Assembly: GCA_964016885.1 (NCBI GenBank)
Contig: OZ024742.1
Span: forward strand, 304,978,001-305,042,000
DNA from: Eledone cirrhosa
Lineage: Eukaryota
DNA: 64,000 bases
Direction: 5' to 3'
The notes beneath the pieces were generated by a model, which saw only the letters and a program-made list of their open reading frames with translations, was not told the DNA's origin and ran no database searches. Of the stretch, positions 54,879-64,000 are shown in pieces; positions within the stretch are counted from its first letter, which is position 1, and each line of letters starts with the position of its first letter. The position numbers and the translations under genes are program-made.

Positions 54879-56401
54879 TTACTTTCTTCTTTTGTTTTTA
54901 TTTCTACTTCCATATTTTTGTCATGATATTGTATGATGCTTTAGGGGAACACACAACTATGTTCTTTACAATGGATTATTTTTCTTAATGTGTCTTTATC
55001 TGAAATGATATAGTAGTCGTTGCCAATCAAGTTATAATTGAGATGGAGAATCACTATCAATGGGATATATATAATAAATATTTAAAACATGTATAGTGTT
55101 TTTCAATATATATTGACACAATTTCTTCTCTTGTAATTCATGGAATCTTGAAATTGCAGAAACACTCGAGGCTCGTATGTTATTTAGTTAAATAACTATA
55201 TGTTCCAACTTTAAATCATGCAGGATTTCACATTTCAAGAACAGAAAAGTATATCTATCAGCAAAAAACATAGGATTGATACACTCGTATATATCTCATC
55301 TTAAAATATGACTTTCTGTTAATATACCAAATCATTATTCAGATTTGTTAAGGGCAAATAATTGGTAACGGTACTTAAATTTATCTTAGTGTTTTAACTT
55401 TAATCCTGCTAAATTCGAAAACAACATTTATTTCTCAAACAGATGGTGAGTTGGTATAAAGTTTAGAGAATTGATATATCAGGCTGATCGTTTGTCCACA
55501 GAATCGGATGTTCTACGGTAAAATTTCCACTTTTGATTGATTGACGTTATTCACTGGTTCCTTTGTCAAAACCTTGCCAATGGCTGACTTTAATTCTCTC
55601 TGTTATAACACTAAGAGCAACCATTCTTCAATCTAAGAATGCAATCCTCCTTCCCTGCCACCAATCCCGCAAATCATAAAAAGATCATTGGTAAGGCTCT
55701 CATTTTGTATTAAACAATATATAAAACTATCATCGTCTCTGGTCCTGTTTTTACAAAAACTGAAAGTATTATATCCTGTAGATTAAACTCTGCGACCTTA
55801 TGCCGGTATAGGAAATCCTAATACACTATCCTTTAGAAATTACTTCTTTTTATGTCAGTATATATGGGTGTAATGCCATGTGTACTTTTATTCACTCGGT
55901 CCCTTCACCACACACAAATGTATGCTTTGATTACTATATATTAAAACTTTATTTCTCTCACCGCTTCCTTGACGGGCTTGTCTATATTCATAAGCATTAG
56001 ATATGTTCGCAAACACAAGCCAACTCACAATTCAACTCACACATATATCAAGACACTTGAACACAAAACCTATACTGCACGGTTAAGAGTTCTCTATAAC
56101 TTACCACTATGTTCCGATCAACGCTTCATTAAGTCCAGGAACATGAATAATTTCTTGAAAGACAACATATATTGCTTGTATGTGTTTGTACATAGACTGG
56201 CGTATGTTTAACTGTGTGGTGTGTGTGTATGTGTGTGACAATCTGTATCATTTTTGTTGACGTGATTGAAAGACATCTGTTATAGAATGAATAAACATAT
56301 ACATCAATGTTGAGGATTTGTGTGAATTTCTGATTAGGTGTAGGCGTGAACGTCTCTGTATTCTGTACATGTTTAAATGTGTCTCTCGGATATTTTTTGT
56401 A

Positions 56402-57450
<1,049 letters not shown>

Positions 57451-57574
57451 AAGAGAAACATAGAATATTCGAAAATATTCTGTATGTTTATAATAAACAT
57501 TTTGAAGACCTAATCGCTATAGGATAGAATACGTCACGTATTACAATTTGAGATTCTCGACAAAAGCAAGGGAA

Positions 57575-57617
57575 GTAACCTACGCGTTTCATTCTTATTA
57601 GAAATCTTCAGGATTAC
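57575..57617 (-). ncRNA. Type I HHR, unit 1
   Basis: Minus strand: GTAATC-CTGAAGA-T-TTCT-AATA-AGAA-T-GAA-ACGCGT-A-GGTTAC. Confidence 0.85.
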
Positions 57618-57886
57618 ATATCCAATGCTTTTATCGAGAATGACACAGCTAGAGACTTATAGAATACTTAGCTGTGTACAGGAACTGGTTTGAAAGAGCG
57701 GTTGCCGGTCCGGCAGAAATTAGAATTTGGATTTAATGCTCTGAAATAGCGATATATATGTGAAGAGAAACATAGAATATTCGAAAATATTCTGTATGTT
57801 TATAATAAACATTTTGAAGACCTAATCGCTATAGGATAGAATACGTCACGTATTACAATTTGAGATTCTCGACAAAAGCAAGGGAA

Positions 57887-57929
57887 GTAACCTACGCGTT
57901 TCATTCTTATTAGAAATCTTCAGGATTAC
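57887..57929 (-). ncRNA. Type I HHR, unit 2
   Basis: Identical to unit 1. Confidence 0.85.
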
Positions 57930-58198
57930 ATATCCAATGCTTTTATCGAGAATGACACAGCTAGAGACTTATAGAATACTTAGCTGTGTACAGGAACTGG
58001 TTTGAAAGAGCGGTTGCCGGTCCGGCAGAAATTAGAATTTGGATTTAATGCTCTGAAATAGCGATATATATGTGAAGAGAAACATAGAATATTCGAAAAT
58101 ATTCTGTATGTTTATAATAAACATTTTGAAGACCTAATCGCTATAGGATAGAATACGTCACGTATTACAATTTGAGATTCTCGACAAAAGCAAGGGAA

Positions 58199-58241
58199 GT
58201 AACCTACGCGTTTTATTCTTATTAGAAATCTTCAGGATTAC
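58199..58241 (-). ncRNA. Type I HHR, unit 3 (G12->A, predicted inactive)
   Basis: GAAA is changed to AAAA by the substitution at 58214. Confidence 0.75.
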
Positions 58242-58696
58242 ATATCCAATGCTTTTATCGAGAATGACACAGCTAGAGACTTATAGAATACTTAGCTGTG
58301 TACAGGAACTGGTTTGAAAGAGCGGTTGCCGGTCCGGCAGAAATTAGAATTTGGATTTAATGCTCTGAAATAGCGATATATATGTGAAGAGAAAAAAAAA
58401 ATTGTGCAAGTGACAGCTGTAGAGTACTCAGACATCCAAGAAAGGAAGGTGACCTTCATAGAACATATTTCTCTGGTGGAAACCGCGAACAAATAAGTTC
58501 AAAACATCATCATTGTTCTCAACAGCTGACCTTTGGACAATTCTCTTTGGAATGTTATAATGGAAATTAAGGAAATCTATCAACGGTCACAATAGCAGAA
58601 AAATTTGTTAAATGTATGTTTGTGTGTGTGTGTGTGTATAAAATATTAATAAGTAAGAACAAGGTTTCAAAGTATTATAATTAATTTTATTCATGT

Positions 58697-58780
58697 GTGA
58701 GACGCGTTTCGCGATTGATCAGCTCAAGATACGATCCGTATCTATCGGGCCCGACTCTGGAATCAAAGCTTATCATATTC
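58697..58780 (-). ncRNA. Degenerate type I HHR with 59-nt extended stem II
   Basis: Minus strand: ATGATAA-GC-TTTGAT-TC-CAGAGTCGGG...TCTTGAGCTG-ATCAATC-GC-GAAACGCGTC, then AATAAA. Stem I is not preserved. Confidence 0.58.
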
Positions 58781-59211
58781 GGGGATTCCTTAATGACGGC
58801 AGATATCCGCGTTCAGCTTTAAATTACTATTTCTCATCACTCGAGTTGATCCGCTGTTCTTTGTTATGATTGGTTGGTTGGATGGAGGAAGAATAGAGTT
58901 TGAAAATAGAAGAAAAGAAGTAGAAAGGAAAAGACACAAGATGAATAGAGAAAGAAAGGAAAGAGCAGTGACGGAGGGAGGAAAGGAAGAAATAGACTAA
59001 GGATAAGATGGGTGGGAGGGGAATTATTGAGCATGTTTAGCAGTGGACAGAGTAGATAAGTGTCAAGGGGTGCGGAATAGAGGGTTAGGTGTAAGGGGTG
59101 AATATCTGGGAGACAAGAGAAAGGGAAGACATGAAAAGAAAAAGAAGAAAAGAGAGAAGGGAAAAGGGAGAGAAGGTGAGAGGTAACAGGTAGGAGGAGG
59201 GAGATGATGCC

Positions 59212-59426
59212 AATAATGGTTTCTTATATAGGCACGAGGCCAGCAATTTTTTTTTGGGGGGGGAAATCAATTAAACCGACCCCAGTGCGTGACTTGTACT
59301 TTATTTTATCGACCCTGTAAGGATGAAAGGCAAAGTTAACCTCGGCGGGATTTGAACTCAGATCATAAAGGGCCGTAACCATATACTGCAAAGCAGGGTG
59401 TCTCACACTCAGACGATACTGCCAAT
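59212..59426 (-). mobile_element. SINE
   Basis: Reverse complement of the family sequence. Confidence 0.88.
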
Positions 59427-59620
59427 AAATAATAATATAAAATGAAATAAGCTAAAATGGTGAGATAAAGGAGCCAGAAATTAAGTAAGAAAATGAAAAT
59501 AAAATGGTTAAGTACAAGAGTTATAATAAATGTAAATATAAGATAAACATTTCACGAATAAATAGTAGAAAGTGAAAATGGAATAAATGCTAAATAATGA
59601 TAAAATATAAAAGAGATAAA

Positions 59621-59838
59621 TTATGATTTCTAGTATAGGCACAAGGCCAGTAATTGGGGGGTGGGAGTCGATTATATCGACCCAGTGTGTTACTGGTACT
59701 TTATTTTATCGACCCCCCGTAAAGTTGAAAGGCAAAGTTAACCACGGTGGGATTTGAACTCAGATCATAAAGGTTTGTAATTCAATGCTCCAAAGCATGG
59801 CGTCCGAGCCTCCACAGATGCTGCCAATCCACCGCCCC
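59621..59838 (-). mobile_element. SINE
   Basis: Reverse complement of the family sequence, ending GCCAATCCACCGCCC. Confidence 0.88.
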
Positions 59839-60254
59839 AATAAAAGAAATAGATAATAAAATAAAAAATAATTATAACATTTTATAATTTAGAAAGTAAA
59901 ATGATAAAATAGTAAAAATGAGAATAAAGTATAGGTATACTACTGACATGGCTTAAAGAGGTTGTTTGTATATTGCAAACGAATCGAATATTATTATTAA
60001 TATTCGAAAAACTCAGATTACATTTATTGTATTCAGCCATGTAGAGCGTATGTATATATATATATATATATATATATACATACATACATATATACATACA
60101 TATATACATATGTAAATATATAGTTACTATTGGTTCACCAATTATAAGGTTAAATGTACACACTCGATGTATAAGTGGGTCAGTTTTACTATAGTATGTG
60201 GTGTTGTACATTTGGTGTTATACTAAGTCGGTCTCTTATAAACAGTGTTATTAA

Positions 60255-60393
60255 TAATAATAATTGTTTCTACTTTAGGGACAAGGCCCGCATGTTTATG
60301 GGGGGGGGGTAAATTGACCCCACTGCGTTACTGGTGCTTCATTTATCGATCCTGTCAGGATGAAATGCATTGCTAACCTCAGTGGGATTTCAA
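60255..60393 (-). mobile_element. Truncated diverged SINE
   Basis: AATTGTTTCTACTTTAGG...TTTATCGATCC...GGATGAAA...GGGATTTCAA. Confidence 0.7.
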
Positions 60394-61050
60394 GACACGA
60401 TGGTTTGTCCCGAATGTCAAAGCGGAAGAATTATGTCGCTACACTTTTTACGATTATCTCAGACTTCGAGTAAATGGCGTTGGATTTCGATTTAATGATC
60501 TCCGCTGATTCAGCCAGACATAAACTGCAGTGGCTTTTTCCGAAATAATGGGGAACCATGCATCTACGTACGGACCACTTGATCTGGTACATCGTTTTGA
60601 GGCTCCAGATCAAGTCGGCCAGTCATGTGTAGTAGCGCTTGTTTCAGTTATTGAAGGAAGGTCTTTAGTTGCATAGCCGATCCATATACGTTGTTGAGGT
60701 TGTTCCGATAAACGTGTATTTTTTGGTGTTCGTCACCATATCTCACTGGTATACAAAAAGGCACCCATATCCCAGTGGGCACTCAGCTCTGAGTATGCAC
60801 TTACATATTTCATACCCCTATGTGTACCTACATACATGTATGAGTACCTATATGTGCGTGTGCATACGGTGTGTTCATAAGACCTTTGTCCTGCACACCT
60901 AAAAGATAAGGAATGGGGGAAAAAAGACATGTTTATGGTCAACTGAATGACCAGGGGCAGAAAACACACCAAGCGAAACCTGCCTCTTCAAAGAGATTAC
61001 CAACCCATACGACGCCCTAGAGGTGTTCTTTTTTATGTTTTATTTTCATT

Positions 61051-61143
61051 ACTTTGCCTTCATCCTTACGGGGTCGATAAAATAAAGTACCAGTAATACA
61101 CTAGGATAATTGCTGGCCTTGTGCCAAAAGTAGAAACAATTAA
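61051..61143 (+). mobile_element. SINE 3' fragment
   Basis: CATCCTTACGGGGTCGATAAAATAAAGTACCAG...GTGCCAAAAGTAGAAACAATT. Confidence 0.85.
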
Positions 61144-61405
61144 TATTACTGTCATAACTGTCATACTGTCATTCTGTGAGAATAAAGTATAGGTATAAGA
61201 CAGTAATATAAAGTGCTATGTTAATGAACATAAAACATAAAAATTAACTGTTTATAAGAGATCGACTTAATATAACACCAAATGTACAACACCACATACT
61301 ATAGTAAAACTGACCCACTTATACATCGAGTGTGTACATTTACGTTATAATTGGTGAACCAATAGAGACTATATGTTTACATATGTATATATGTATGTGT
61401 GTATG

Positions 61406-61474
<69 letters not shown>

Positions 61475-61657
61475 CTAAGAAATAGTTTATCGTTTTACAT
61501 GGCTGAATACAATAAATGTAATCTGAGTTTTTCAAATATTGCTAATAATATTCGATTCGTTTTCAATTATGCAAACAACCTCTTTAAGCCATGTCAGTAG
61601 AATGACACCGTCATTCTAGCTCTTGTATTGGTATAAAATATATATATATACAGAGAG

Positions 61658-61722
<65 letters not shown>

Positions 61723-61839
61723 AAGAAATATATATATATATATATACACGTATGTATATGTGTATGTATATTTGCACATATATATTGATGTGTGTGAGAG
61801 TGTGTATCTAATTCAATGCTTCCCTGTTCATATATGAAT

Positions 61840-61893
<54 letters not shown>

Positions 61894-61912
61894 ATCTATC
61901 TATCTATCTATA

Positions 61913-61987
61913 TAATAAAGATTCAGGACCCCGACGGCTGAGCTCCGGCCGAACTCGTATCTGATATCTTACCAGACCCTCTCTGAT

Positions 61988-61990
<3 letters not shown>
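61913..61990. mobile_element. Internally deleted copy of the half-HHR family
   Basis: AAAGATTCAGGACCCCGACGGCTGAGCTCCGGCCG...TATCTTACCAGACCCTCT between microsatellites. Confidence 0.72.
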
Positions 61991-62057
<67 letters not shown>

Positions 62058-64000
62058 GTGAGTCCGTGTGCGGGTATATTTGAGTGTTTTTATTTAATAT
62101 TATATGAGAATTGAAATAAAGACAAAACGGTGATAGGGTATATATATATGAGCAGGTAGTATAATGTTTGTAAGTCTGCATCTCTGGCTCTATATTACAT
62201 TGTCTATCTGTCTCTTTTTAGTTATGTATGTATGCATATATGGATGTATAAATGTATGCAATAGCTGTATACACGGATGGCTGGCTTCTCATATTGATAT
62301 ATTGAATAAATCGATAGACGGTGAGACTTGTGTGTGGCAAAGTTTTTATTTTTTGTGCGTAAATATATTTATGTATGTATATGTGCGTATATATATATGT
62401 CTGTGGTGTATGTGTGCATATACATATATATTTATGTATGGTTGTGTATATATATATATAATATAAAGAGAGAGAGAGGGAGAGAGAGATAAATAGATAG
62501 ATAGATGGATAGATAGATATATAGCGAGAGACGTTGAGAGAAAGAGAAAGAGAAAAAGCATGTTTGCTCTTGTGTTTTATCTATTTTTATATGCCTATAT
62601 ATTTATTTGTCTGAAGGTATGTAGTTATGTATGTCATGCGTGTATAACTACATATAGTTATACGTATTTATATCAATGTAAGAATAGATGGATAGAATCT
62701 GACTGCTTGGATGGCTGGCTCACTGGCTGGCTGTATGCATGGGTGAATGACGGAATGGGTTGGTGTGTATGAAGTTGAAGAATGTTATTTAATATGTTCA
62801 GCTCCTGTGATGTTGTCTTTGAGAATCTTCATAAGTGGCGGTTACTAACATTTGGAAAAACTTAAGCGGAACGAAAATTTCGACGCAAAAATCTCGAAAT
62901 CACTAGGAAAATGCAAATAAATAGAATGAAAATAAAAGGATTATAAAAAAAAACAAAAATAAAACAGATTAAGAATGAGTGAGGGGAGGAAAAAGAATGG
63001 ATATTAACGTTGGCACTCTTTAATAAGACATTTCCAAAAGTCTTCATCTTTTATATGCATATCAGAGCAAATGTATGCCTATATTTCACTTTTATTTTAT
63101 ACGAAATTTTTAGAATGTTATCTTTTATTTATTGTTATTTTTATATATTTAATTGTTTGTTTTAACTTTTTAAAATATATATATTTTTTTTGCCACTAAG
63201 CATATCCGACTATATGAACGTTCTGTCTTTCTAGCGCAGTTTGACACACTCTCGCATACACATATACATACATATACACACACTAATATATGTATATAAT
63301 CGCATGCACTCATCTGCACACACGCATATGTCATATAGGGCACGGGAGGAGGAAGTGGCCTGGCCAAACAAAGAAATTGAACGAAGAATAAAGCAAATGG
63401 TGGGGAAGGAAGAGATATCAAAGGAAACAAAGGAGGACAGAAAGGAAAAGTGTTAGAAGAGATAGAAAGAGAAAAAAGGGAGAGTGGGGGCGGAACAGAC
63501 GTAAGGAATAGAGCTGAGATAGTGTGGGAGGGAGAAATCTAGGCGCGGGATGAATGACAAATGAGAAAGTGGAGAAGAGACTGTATTCAATGAATGAGAA
63601 TTTGATATATAAAGAGAAACATAAAAAATAAATTCGAAGGGGAAAATATTCAATTATTTCTTCTTCTTCTTCTTCTTCTTCTTCTTCTTCTTCTTCTTCT
63701 TCTTCTTCTTCTCCTTCTAATTATTATTATTAGGCAAAAAAAAAAAAAAAATCCAAAGTCAGTGAATTAAGTGAGAGCTGAGAATGCAATATCGATGATA
63801 GATAAAGGTCTGAGCGAGAGAGCGTTTATTAATTATGTCTGGAAAGCGGAGACAAGAAATATGGAAGTGACAGACGATAAGGCTTGATACCGGCGGGAAA
63901 CAGATGTCGGAGATTAACTGTGGGAGATTAGAAGAGACTAAAAAGAGAAGATTTTTGGAAACAAAAATTTTCGAGAATATTTGTTTGGGAGAGAGGAGAG

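Larger units (their letters stand above)
57447..58394 (-). repeat. Tandem array of three 312-bp units, one HHR per unit (candidate non-LTR retrozyme)
   Basis: GAAGAGA landmark at 57450, 57762, 58074 and 58386 (period 312). The only difference I saw between units is C->T at 58214. Confidence 0.92.
59940..61600. repeat. Dispersed inverted duplication (arms 59940-60245 and 61247-61600)
   Basis: CTACTGACATGGCTTAAAGAGGTTGTTTG...GTCTCTTATAAACAGT and its reverse complement, each with an internal (TA)n. Confidence 0.88.

Noticed and set aside
57447-58394. CRISPR array interpretation of the tandem repeat
   Set aside because: No unique spacers, no cas genes, eukaryotic context.
60395-60660. GC-richer stretch with a short MVCPEC ORF
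   Set aside because: Only ~31 codons, with no splice or domain support.

Overview
AT-rich, microsatellite-saturated eukaryotic DNA. The SINE types and repeat landscape look like an octopus/cephalopod genome (inference). I found no recognisable host protein-coding exon, and nearly all long ORFs in the track are artefacts of (TA)n/(CA)n/(GA)n/triplet repeats. Real content: (i) a decayed Tx1/L1-clade LINE on the minus strand (1-4377; zinc-knuckle ORF1, APE-RT ORF2); (ii) about 20 tRNA-derived SINE copies; (iii) a fold-back Penelope-like element (PLE; RT thumb, Cys linker, GIY-YIG; 14.7-17.1 kb) plus a solo terminal copy; (iv) a hAT-Charlie-type MITE and several long palindromes. The main discovery is a dense population of type I hammerhead ribozyme (HHR) motifs, about 18 complete or degenerate plus several half motifs, nearly all in short inserts sitting in (TA)n tracts. 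They include a 3 x 312-bp tandem array with one HHR per unit (candidate non-LTR retrozyme making a circular RNA), an HHR family with a conserved, covarying ~60-nt extension of stem II, natural U3-A8 core variants, a U.U-closed stem II class, and short snap-back elements whose inversion points fall on ribozyme hairpins. All RNA structures were derived by eye and their activity is untested.
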